Positions 10,026-17,664 of a DNA stretch of 64,000 bases are shown here, piece by piece (positions within the stretch are counted from its first letter, which is position 1; each line of letters starts with the position of its first letter). Where the stretch lies: the NCBI GenBank assembly GCA_964634755.1, contig CAZWJH010000001.1, positions 12,317-76,316 of the forward strand, read 5' to 3'. Made by a program: the position numbers and the translations under genes. The notes beneath the pieces were generated by a model, which was given only the letters and a program-made list of their open reading frames with translations, ran no database searches and was not told the DNA's origin. The DNA comes from an uncultured Clostridia bacterium. Lineage in GTDB: Bacteria; Acidobacteriota; Aminicenantia; JAMOAD01.

Positions 10026-11368
10026 ATGTAAAAAAAATAGTAATTTTATTGGTTATATTGGCAGGACTTATCTTCGGAATTTATCTTGCAAACAAAAAGC
10101 AGGAGAAAACCGAAGAGGCCAAGATTCTTGTAAATTTAAAATCCGATGATATTGTTAAAATAGAGCTTACTGAAGGTAAGAAAAAGATTGTTGTTGAGAA
10201 AAAGGATAAAAGCTGGAAAATCGTATCTCCCATAAAAACAAATGCGGATGAGGTTATTGTCGAAAGAATAGTAAGTGATTTTTCAGAGCTTAAACCTGAA
10301 AAAATAGTTGATAAAAATCCTTCTAACCTGAAAAAGTATGGTCTTGAAAATCCGGAAAGAGCAATATCCTTATACTCAAAAACAGGCGAAAAGTACACAA
10401 TTCTTTTCGGAGACAAAGGCCCCTTAGGAGACGAATATTATGCAAAGCTTAAAAACTCGCCAAAGGTGGTTCTTCTGCCATCAATGAAAAGAGATGATGT
10501 AATGAAAACAGTTTCCGATTTGAGGGATAAACATCTTGTTAAAGTTGAGACAGGAGATGTAAAAGGATTTTCAATAAATAACACAAAGGAAAATAAGATA
10601 CTTGAGTTTAAGAGAGCGGATGAAAGATGGTTTTTCCTGAAACCTAAAAAATGTCTTGCAAATGAATCAAAAACAGATGATATTCTTTTCTCAATTCAAA
10701 ATCTTGAAGCAAAGGATATAGTAAAGGATTCTCCTGCTGAAAAAGATTTAAACGATTATAATCTTAAAAACCCTGAAATTAAAATCATAATAAACCTGAA
10801 AGACAGTAAAAAGGAGCTTTTTGTCTCTAAAAAAGGAAAAGATTATTTTGCCTACTCAAAAAACAGCAATTTCATAGGGAAGATAAACAGCACCTTTGTT
10901 GACGATATATCAAAAGATTTTAAGGACTTAAGAGAGAAAAAGGTGGCTGTCTTCTCAGGTTATGAGATAAACAAGATTGAATTTACAGGATACGGAAAAA
11001 CATATCTTATGGAAAAGGATGGAAACGGGACATGGAGGCTTAAAAAACCTGAAAAATTCATTTTACAGGATGAGAAGGTATCCGATTTTATCTCCGCAAT
11101 TGAGGATATGGAATCAAAGGAAATTATTGATAATCCCGGAAATTTGAGTCAATACGGACTTGATAAGCCCTCTATTAAAGTAAAACTTTATCCGGAGGAT
11201 GGAAAACCTATAGTTTTGCTTTTCGGGAAAGAGAAAGATAATGATATTTTTGTGAAAAATCAGGAATTTTCATACATATTTAAGGTTGGTAAGGATTCAC
11301 TTGACAAATTTCCCAAAAAGAGTATAATAGATTGGAAATTTAAGGAAAGTAAAAAAGAGGAAGATTAA
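10022..11368 (+). CDS. DUF4340-like protein, fourth member of the GldAFG-type cluster
   Basis: 448 aa with an N-terminal TM anchor, K/E-rich. Overlaps the upstream stop (ATGA). Confidence 0.5.
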   Translation: MNVKKIVILLVILAGLIFGIYLANKKQEKTEEAKILVNLKSDDIVKIELTEGKKKIVVEKKDKSWKIVSPIKTNADEVIVERIVSDFSELKPEKIVDKNPSNLKKYGLENPERAISLYSKTGEKYTILFGDKGPLGDEYYAKLKNSPKVVLLPSMKRDDVMKTVSDLRDKHLVKVETGDVKGFSINNTKENKILEFKRADERWFFLKPKKCLANESKTDDILFSIQNLEAKDIVKDSPAEKDLNDYNLKNPEIKIIINLKDSKKELFVSKKGKDYFAYSKNSNFIGKINSTFVDDISKDFKDLREKKVAVFSGYEINKIEFTGYGKTYLMEKDGNGTWRLKKPEKFILQDEKVSDFISAIEDMESKEIIDNPGNLSQYGLDKPSIKVKLYPEDGKPIVLLFGKEKDNDIFVKNQEFSYIFKVGKDSLDKFPKKSIIDWKFKESKKEED

Positions 11369-11405
11369 AAACTTCCCTCCTTTTGCCTCCTTTGTTTTTA
11401 TATCA

Positions 11406-11429
11406 GGGGGAGTTATAAAAGACTCCCCC
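11406..11429. terminator. GC-rich stem-loop between convergent genes (GGGGGAGT-tataaaag-ACTCCCCC)
   Basis: Perfect 8-bp G/C-rich inverted repeat in a 33% GC genome, between the DUF4340 gene (+) and hydF (-). No clean U-tract follows on either strand. Confidence 0.35.
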
Positions 11430-11596
11430 ACCCCTCCCCCTCCAGAAGAGCTAAAAGCTTTTAAGCATTATAACTATCAAGCGTTGTCTTATGTTAAAAG
11501 AGTGCATACATATATAAAAACAATAGATATAATAGAATAACAGAATAAAATTTCAGGAGAAAAATCTATTATAATAAAGAACCTAACACCTGTTTT

Positions 11597-12826
11597 TCAG
11601 GACAGAAGATTGAATGGTTTTATTACTCTGTCCAGAACTCCCTGAAGCTTGGAAATTGCTATCCCGTAATTCGTCATGGGGACATTTCTTCTTACACTCT
11701 CATTGAGTCTTCTCATCATCTCCATCCTGTTTAGCATACATGCTCCACAGTGGATTACAAGGGAAAATTTTTCAAGCTCCTCAGGAAAATCACTTCCGGA
11801 TGCAATCTCTATATTTAATTCTTTACCTGTGTATTGCAAAAGCCATCTCGGAATCTTAACCCTTCCTATATCATCAGCCTGCACATGATGGGAGCATGCC
11901 TCGGCAATAAGCACATTATCCCCGTCTTTAAGCTCATCTATTTTTTTAGCTCCCTTTACAAATTCGGAAAGTTCCCCTTTGTATCTTGAAAAGAGTATTG
12001 AAAATGTCGTAAGTTTAATGCCCTCCGGAACATCGGCGGAAACCTTAAGAATAACCTGCGAATCAGTAATCACCAATGCCGGTTTTTTAACAAGGTTTCT
12101 CAATGTATCTTCAAGCTCTCTCTCTTTTACAACAACAGCTGTCGCATCATTATCCAGAATCTCCCTTATTGTCTGAACCTGAGGTAAAATCAATCTTCCT
12201 TTGGGAGCTGCAAGATCAATGGGAACCACCAAAACTATTATATCTCCTCCCCTTATAAGGTCTCCCACCAAAACCTTCTCCTCTTTCAAATAAGAGGGCG
12301 CAAGCCTTATTATAAGATTTTTAAGCTCATTTATATTTTCACCTGTTTTTGCGGAGACACAGATATGATTTGCTTCTATCTTATCAGCAAATCTTATATC
12401 CCTTTCAAAAGGCTCTTTAATATCAATCTTGTTAAAAACTATTATGTAAGGAATCTTAAGCTCTTTTATTTCAAGAATAATCTTTTCTGTTTTTTCATCA
12501 ATACCATTTTCATCAACAACAATAAGAGCAAGATCGGATTTGAAAAGTACTTTTTTAGTTGCCTTAACTCTCTTTTCGCCCAACTCTCCCGTATCATCAA
12601 TTCCTGCGGTATCATAAAAAGTAACAGGGCCCAAAGGCAAAAGTTCATAATGTTTTGCGACAGGATCTGTTGTTGTTCCGGCAATATCTGACACTATGGC
12701 GATATCCTGCCCCACAATAGCATTAATAAGAGAGGATTTACCAGCATTCCTTTTACCTACAAGCGAAATTATAAGCCTTTCTCCTCTCGGTGCTTTAGCC
12801 ATACTTTCCTCCTTTACAATAAACAA
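11597..12826 (-). CDS. hydF: [FeFe]-hydrogenase maturation GTPase HydF
   Basis: G1 GKRNAGKSSLINA, G3 DTAG, NKID. C-terminal CxHx(n)HCxxC iron-sulfur motif (AEACSHH...IHCGAC). Confidence 0.85.
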   Translation of the reverse strand: MFIVKEESMAKAPRGERLIISLVGKRNAGKSSLINAIVGQDIAIVSDIAGTTTDPVAKHYELLPLGPVTFYDTAGIDDTGELGEKRVKATKKVLFKSDLALIVVDENGIDEKTEKIILEIKELKIPYIIVFNKIDIKEPFERDIRFADKIEANHICVSAKTGENINELKNLIIRLAPSYLKEEKVLVGDLIRGGDIIVLVVPIDLAAPKGRLILPQVQTIREILDNDATAVVVKERELEDTLRNLVKKPALVITDSQVILKVSADVPEGIKLTTFSILFSRYKGELSEFVKGAKKIDELKDGDNVLIAEACSHHVQADDIGRVKIPRWLLQYTGKELNIEIASGSDFPEELEKFSLVIHCGACMLNRMEMMRRLNESVRRNVPMTNYGIAISKLQGVLDRVIKPFNLLS

Positions 12827-12877
12827 GTAGTAAAACTCGAAATAGACATTTCTATAAAAATTATCATTTCCATTTTA

Positions 12878-13876
12878 TCAATTTTTCCCTTTGAAATTTC
12901 CAATGGCTTCAGAGGGGAAAAACCCTGCTGAGGATATAAGTTGTTTTATTTTTTGTACATCTTCAAGTGTAGAGTTATCACTTTCATTTTTCCCCGGGTA
13001 AATATTGTAAAGTTTTCTCACCTTTAAAGGTGTGACAGTTGGCATTATTACATTGGCTCCGACTATAAGCCCCTGAACCCTTGCATCCTTTTCAAGAGAT
13101 GCCATCGCACTTGTGGAAGGTATATTAGAGTAAGGGTTCAAGATTCTTAAAAGAGAAATTGTTCTCAATGATTTTTTAAGATCACCGCAGGAGTAATCAT
13201 AAAGAGGTGTCTTATTGTGAGGGATAAATGGACCAGATGCAATCATATGAAGTCCTAAGAGTGAAAGCTCCAGAATATCACTTGCAAGGATTTCATCTGT
13301 CATTCCGGGAAGACCTATAATCAGACCCGAACCAACCTCATATCCAAGTTTCATCAAAACCTCTATAAGCTTAAGCCTCTCCTTAAGCTCTCTTCCGGGT
13401 CTCATCCTTTTGTAAAGCTCCTGATCAAAGGTTTCAACTTTTAGAAGATATCGGTTAGCTCCGGCATCTTTCCATCTTTTAAGCTCATCATCGCTCCTCT
13501 CTCCCAATGAAAGTGTTATCGCGAGTGAATCATCCCCGTATTTTCCCCTTATCTTTTTTATTACCTTTTCAATAAATTCTCCCGTATAATAGGGGTCATT
13601 TCCAGATTGAAGAACAACAGTTCCCATTTTGCTTTTCTTAACCAATTCCACAGACCCTATTATTTCATCAAAATTTAATCTGTATCTTTTAAGCTCACTG
13701 TTTTGACATCTTAAGCCGCAGTAAAGGCACTTTTCTTTACAAATATTGGAAAATTCAACTATTCCTCTCAAATAAACCTCTTTCCCGAAAAGTTTTTCCC
13801 TTACTCTTTTACCTTCGGCAAAAAGGGATTTATCATACTTTCCTTGTAAAAACTCTTTAATCTCTCTTAATTTCAT
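12878..13876 (-). CDS. hydE: [FeFe]-hydrogenase maturase HydE (radical SAM, biotin synthase-like)
   Basis: CxxxCxxC radical-SAM motif CKEKCLYCGLR, BioB-like TIM barrel length (332 aa). Sits in the hydG/hydF neighbourhood. Confidence 0.85.
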   Translation of the reverse strand: MKLREIKEFLQGKYDKSLFAEGKRVREKLFGKEVYLRGIVEFSNICKEKCLYCGLRCQNSELKRYRLNFDEIIGSVELVKKSKMGTVVLQSGNDPYYTGEFIEKVIKKIRGKYGDDSLAITLSLGERSDDELKRWKDAGANRYLLKVETFDQELYKRMRPGRELKERLKLIEVLMKLGYEVGSGLIIGLPGMTDEILASDILELSLLGLHMIASGPFIPHNKTPLYDYSCGDLKKSLRTISLLRILNPYSNIPSTSAMASLEKDARVQGLIVGANVIMPTVTPLKVRKLYNIYPGKNESDNSTLEDVQKIKQLISSAGFFPSEAIGNFKGKN

Positions 13877-15260
13877 CTTTGGTATACCCCAATTTGTGCA
13901 TTCTTTTCGGATTTAAAAGATTCTTTATTTCATCTTCGGAAAGATAATTCTTTAAAATTTCCTCAACAGGCAAATTCTTCACTTTTGATTCCTTTATTAT
14001 TTTATCAACTGTCTCATATCCCAAAATAGGAACTAAAATAGTAGCTATTGTTTTACTGTTTTTTAAATTTTCTCCGCACTTTTCAGGATTGGCTCTTATT
14101 CCCTCTATGCACTTTTCCCTGAATATTCTTGTTGCATTTATAAGAAGTTTCAGGGATTCTAAAAACACTTTTGATAGAAGGGGATAAAACTGATTAAGCT
14201 CAAGGTTGCCCGATGAGGCAATCATTGTAATAATATTGTCATTTGAAATCACCCTTAGAGCAATCTGAGAAACAGCTTCGGGGATAACAGGATTAACTTT
14301 GCCCGGCATTATCGATGAGCCTGCTTGAACAGGAGGAAGAATTACCTCCCCTATTCCTCCTTTAGGCCCGCTCGAAAGAATTCTGAGATCAGTTGAAATT
14401 TTAAAAAGATTGGAAGCATAAGCTTTTATCATTCCGAAGACTTCAACATAAGCATCAAGGTTTTGAGTGGCATCAACAAGATTCTCAGCTCTTGCTATGT
14501 TTAAGCCGGTTATTTTTCTTAAAGTTTCGGTAACTTTCAGAATATAATCCCTTGCGGCACCAATTCCCGTACCTATCGCAGTTCCTCCCAGATTAACAGT
14601 CTTTATTCTTTCTCTTGATTTAAAAATTCTCCATCTATCCCTTGATATTGCCTCAGCATATGCCCCGAACTCCATACCCAGAGTCATAGGGACAGCATCC
14701 TGAAGCTGTGTTCTTCCTAATTTAACAATATCCTTAAATTCAAACTCCTTTTTTTGAAAAGCCTCCTGAAGGGCAGCTATCTCTGGCTCAAGTTTTCTCA
14801 AAAGTTTTAAGATTGCGACTTTCAAAGCTGTAGGGTAAACATCATTTGTTGATTGATGCATATTAACATGGTGGAGAGGATTAATATATTCATAATCCCC
14901 TTTTTCCCTTCCAGCCTTTTCAAGGGCAATGTTTGCTATGACTTCATTAAAATTCATGTTCGTGGATGTTCCTGCTCCTCCCTGGTAAGGATTCACTATT
15001 ATTTGCTCATGATACTTTCCTTCTATAATTTCATTGCAGGCAAAAATAATAGGTTCCGCAATTTCTCTTTTAAGATAACCCAACTCTTTGTTTGTTATTG
15101 CGGCTGCTAATTTTACCTTTGCAAAAGCCACTATAAACTCTTCAGGAATTTTATCTCCAGAAAAGGGAAAATTCTCGTAAGCTCTAAGAGTATGAATTCC
15201 GTAATATGCGTCATCGGAAAGCTTTTTCTCTCCTAAGGAATCTCCTTCAACTCTCATCAA
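13857..15260 (-). CDS. aspA: aspartate ammonia-lyase (fumarase/aspartase class II family)
   Basis: 467 aa with the GSSxMPxKxN signature (GSSIMPGKVNP) and a typical class II lyase N-terminus. Embedded between hydG and hydE. Confidence 0.85.
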   Translation of the reverse strand: MMRVEGDSLGEKKLSDDAYYGIHTLRAYENFPFSGDKIPEEFIVAFAKVKLAAAITNKELGYLKREIAEPIIFACNEIIEGKYHEQIIVNPYQGGAGTSTNMNFNEVIANIALEKAGREKGDYEYINPLHHVNMHQSTNDVYPTALKVAILKLLRKLEPEIAALQEAFQKKEFEFKDIVKLGRTQLQDAVPMTLGMEFGAYAEAISRDRWRIFKSRERIKTVNLGGTAIGTGIGAARDYILKVTETLRKITGLNIARAENLVDATQNLDAYVEVFGMIKAYASNLFKISTDLRILSSGPKGGIGEVILPPVQAGSSIMPGKVNPVIPEAVSQIALRVISNDNIITMIASSGNLELNQFYPLLSKVFLESLKLLINATRIFREKCIEGIRANPEKCGENLKNSKTIATILVPILGYETVDKIIKESKVKNLPVEEILKNYLSEDEIKNLLNPKRMHKLGYTKDEIKRD

Positions 15261-15513
15261 TATCCTTCCTTAGCTTGCTTAAAAGTTTTTTAATTTTTAA
15301 TCTATCAGGCTTTTCACAGAAAAGCAAATACCTCTCATTTATCCTGTACATTGAGGGAGGCTCAAAACCTGAGGGCTTTTCACCACATACAAAAGAGATT
15401 CTTCTTCCCATTTTCTCGGCAATCCAGAGTCCACCGCATTCATATTCGGCGGAAATCTCTTTAAGATATTTCTCTATTTTATTAAAAGTAGAGATCTCTT
15501 TCGCCATTCTCAA
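15247..15513 (-). CDS. small hypothetical protein (88 aa), translationally coupled between hydG and aspA
   Basis: Overlaps the hydG stop and the aspA start. Contains two short C(G)EKP repeats. No recognisable family. Confidence 0.35.
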   Translation of the reverse strand: MRMAKEISTFNKIEKYLKEISAEYECGGLWIAEKMGRRISFVCGEKPSGFEPPSMYRINERYLLFCEKPDRLKIKKLLSKLRKDIDES

Positions 15514-16969
15514 TTCTTGTCAAATATTCTTTCAGTTTTTTGTATGCTTTTGGCATCTTTTCCTTAACTTCATTGAGTTCTCTCTCTATAAGAGCATTTC
15601 CTATCTTTGCCGTATCCTCTGTTGCAAAATCCAGAAGCCATTCCTTAAAGGTTGTTATTGCATTTAATTTGCAGTATTTTCCTTCTGTTCCCGCTCTGAG
15701 AAGGTCCATTATGCATTTTCCGGTTCTTCCGCATCTGTAACCCGCAGTACAAAAAGATGTTATGTATCCCATTTTTGCAAGATCTCTTATAAGTTCATCG
15801 AGTGTTCTCGGATCCCCGATTAAAAATTGCTGCCTTTCGAGCTCCTGCTCAGTGTATCTGTCACTGTAAGCTCCTATCCCTATCCTTGTGGATGCATCAG
15901 TTTGAGTGATTCCCAATGACATTACCCTGTCTCTTATCTCTTTAGGCTCTCTCGCAGTTAATATCATTCCTGTATAAGGAATCGCAAGTCTCAGCACAAG
16001 AATTATTTTTTCAAAATTCTCATCACTTACCGCATATTTCGTTTTATCTATGTAAGGTGTGTTTGCGGCAGGCTCAAGTCTCGGAAAAGAAACAGTATGA
16101 GGACCTATTCCAAACTTTTTCTCAAGTTCAAGCGCATGATACAAAAGACCCATAACCTCAAATCTCCAATCATAAAGGCCGAAAAGAGCGCCTATTCCAA
16201 CATCATCCACTTCAGCTTCAAGGGCTCTGTGCATACAATAAAGCCTCCATTTGTAATTTCCCTTTAAAGTATTCTGAGGATGAACCATTTTGTATGTTTC
16301 ATGATGATAGGTTTCCTGAAATACCTGATATGTTCCTATACCCACCTCTTTAAGCCTTCTGAGTTCATCAATCTGAAGAGGTGCAGCATTAACATTTGCT
16401 CTCCTTATCTGCCCGTAACCATTTCTTACATTTACTTTCACATCATAGATTGTTCTCAAACTATTTTCAATATAATTAACATCGGTTTTCGGATGCTCTC
16501 CGTAAACAACAATAAGTCTCTTGTGCCCTATCTCCCCGGCAAGCACCTCAGCCTCTCTTCTTATTTCCTCTTCATTTAAAACCCTTCTTTTTATAATTTT
16601 ATTTTCAAGTCTGAATCCGCAGTAAAGACAATTGTTAACACAATAATCTCCCATGTATAAAGGAGCAAAGGTTACTATTCGGTTATCGTAAACCTTTAAT
16701 TTGATTTTAAGAGCAACCTCCTTCATCTCTTCGTAAAGCTCCGGGTCTTTGAGGTTTATAAGCATTGCAGTTTCATCCGGAGAGAGAGTTTCAATTCTCA
16801 AAGCTTTGTCAAAAATCTCTCTTATTCTTACGGGATCCGGGTCTCTGTTCTCCTCTATCTTTCTCCAGATCTCCTCATCATTGATAAAATCATGCTCCCC
16901 GTCCATATACTTTGTAATCTCTTCCTCTTTTATCCTGTTTGCTATCCAGGAATTTAAACTTTCTTTCAT
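15482..16969 (-). CDS. hydG: [FeFe]-hydrogenase maturase HydG (radical SAM tyrosine lyase, ThiH-like)
   Basis: N-terminal CNNCLYCGF radical-SAM motif and the C-terminal auxiliary-cluster motif CTAGYRCGRTGKC. 495 aa. Confidence 0.9.
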   Translation of the reverse strand: MKESLNSWIANRIKEEEITKYMDGEHDFINDEEIWRKIEENRDPDPVRIREIFDKALRIETLSPDETAMLINLKDPELYEEMKEVALKIKLKVYDNRIVTFAPLYMGDYCVNNCLYCGFRLENKIIKRRVLNEEEIRREAEVLAGEIGHKRLIVVYGEHPKTDVNYIENSLRTIYDVKVNVRNGYGQIRRANVNAAPLQIDELRRLKEVGIGTYQVFQETYHHETYKMVHPQNTLKGNYKWRLYCMHRALEAEVDDVGIGALFGLYDWRFEVMGLLYHALELEKKFGIGPHTVSFPRLEPAANTPYIDKTKYAVSDENFEKIILVLRLAIPYTGMILTAREPKEIRDRVMSLGITQTDASTRIGIGAYSDRYTEQELERQQFLIGDPRTLDELIRDLAKMGYITSFCTAGYRCGRTGKCIMDLLRAGTEGKYCKLNAITTFKEWLLDFATEDTAKIGNALIERELNEVKEKMPKAYKKLKEYLTRIENGERDLYF

Positions 16970-16982
16970 TTTAATACCTCCT

Positions 16983-17384
16983 TTAAAAAGCTATTATCTT
17001 TGAGTTGTACAGCAAATTTCTTAATTTTTTTGTTTCTTGATGAAGACGCACGGGTCGTGCGTCTCTACATGCTTTTGGCTTTTGACTGCTCGGCTTTTGT
17101 TGACTTTCGACTTTCAACTTTTGACTTTCGACTTTCGACAACAATGTTTTTACCTCAACTCCCCTGAGCTGTCCGAGTTTACCGGTCAATGCGCCCAATT
17201 CATCTGTAGTACCCTCAAAAATTATGGAAATCACTCTTACGGATTCCTCTTTGAAAGGAATACCCAATCTTCCCTTGATCAAATGGAAATAGGATGAAAG
17301 GATTTGATTGATTTTTTTATAATTTTTGGGATTGTAGACAAATATACCTATTATCCCGAATCTCTTTTTGTTTTCCATTTTCAC
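16983..17384 (-). CDS. TM1266-family putative iron-only hydrogenase system regulator (ACT/NikR-like fold) with a repeat-encoded low-complexity C-terminal tail
   Basis: The first ~82 aa match the small hydrogenase-cluster regulator family (GIIGIFVYN...GRLGIPF...VISIIFEG). The C-terminal ~50 aa (KVESQKLKVESQQ...) is encoded by a heptamer tandem repeat plus a GC hairpin. RBS GGAGGTG upstream. Confidence 0.55.
   Translation of the reverse strand: MKMENKKRFGIIGIFVYNPKNYKKINQILSSYFHLIKGRLGIPFKEESVRVISIIFEGTTDELGALTGKLGQLRGVEVKTLLSKVESQKLKVESQQKPSSQKPKACRDARPVRLHQETKKLRNLLYNSKIIAF
17042..17065. other. GC-rich hairpin (GAAGACGCACG-ggtc-CGTGCGTCTC) about 75 nt upstream of the hydG start
   Basis: 9-10 bp perfect G/C-rich inverted repeat with a 4-nt loop. 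Lies inside the 3' tail of the regulator ORF and upstream of hydG. Confidence 0.5.
17071..17140. repeat. 7-nt tandem repeat array: (GCTTTTG)x2 then (TTCGACT-like)x6
   Basis: Period-7 direct repeats visible by eye at 17099-17140 (gttgact ttcgact ttcaact tttgact ttcgact ttcgaca). Translated as 7-aa periodic KVESQ repeats in the regulator tail. Confidence 0.6.
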
Positions 17385-17432
17385 CTCCTTGGGTCAGGCA
17401 AAAGCCCTTCCCTCAGAAAACTCTTATTTTGA

Positions 17433-17663
17433 TTAAATTTTACTGTATGCTATTTTTAAATTATCAATTTCTTTTAAATCTTTTAAAAGCTCCTCAAAAA
17501 TTTCCTCTTCTCCCTTAAAAACCACACTCAAAATATAGCCATGATTTTCTGTTTGTGGCAAGCCCATTCTTCCCAATATAAATTCAGCATTTTTGTGCAG
17601 TATTTCATTAATCTCAGGAGCCCTTTTGTTTGCATCCATCAAAATAGTAATTGTCCCTATCAT
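17433..17663 (-). CDS. second TM1266-family small regulator paralog (76 aa)
   Basis: Same pattern as the neighbouring gene (ILMD...ILGRMGLP...ILSVVFKGEEE). Immediately downstream of the hydA stop. Confidence 0.55.
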   Translation of the reverse strand: MIGTITILMDANKRAPEINEILHKNAEFILGRMGLPQTENHGYILSVVFKGEEEIFEELLKDLKEIDNLKIAYSKI

Positions 17664-17664
17664 T

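Noticed and set aside
11430-11452. C-rich tract (G-rich on the minus strand: GGAGGGGGAGGGGTGGGGG) as a potential G-quadruplex
   Set aside because: Only three G-runs of three or more. It adjoins the stem-loop and is more simply part of the terminator region.
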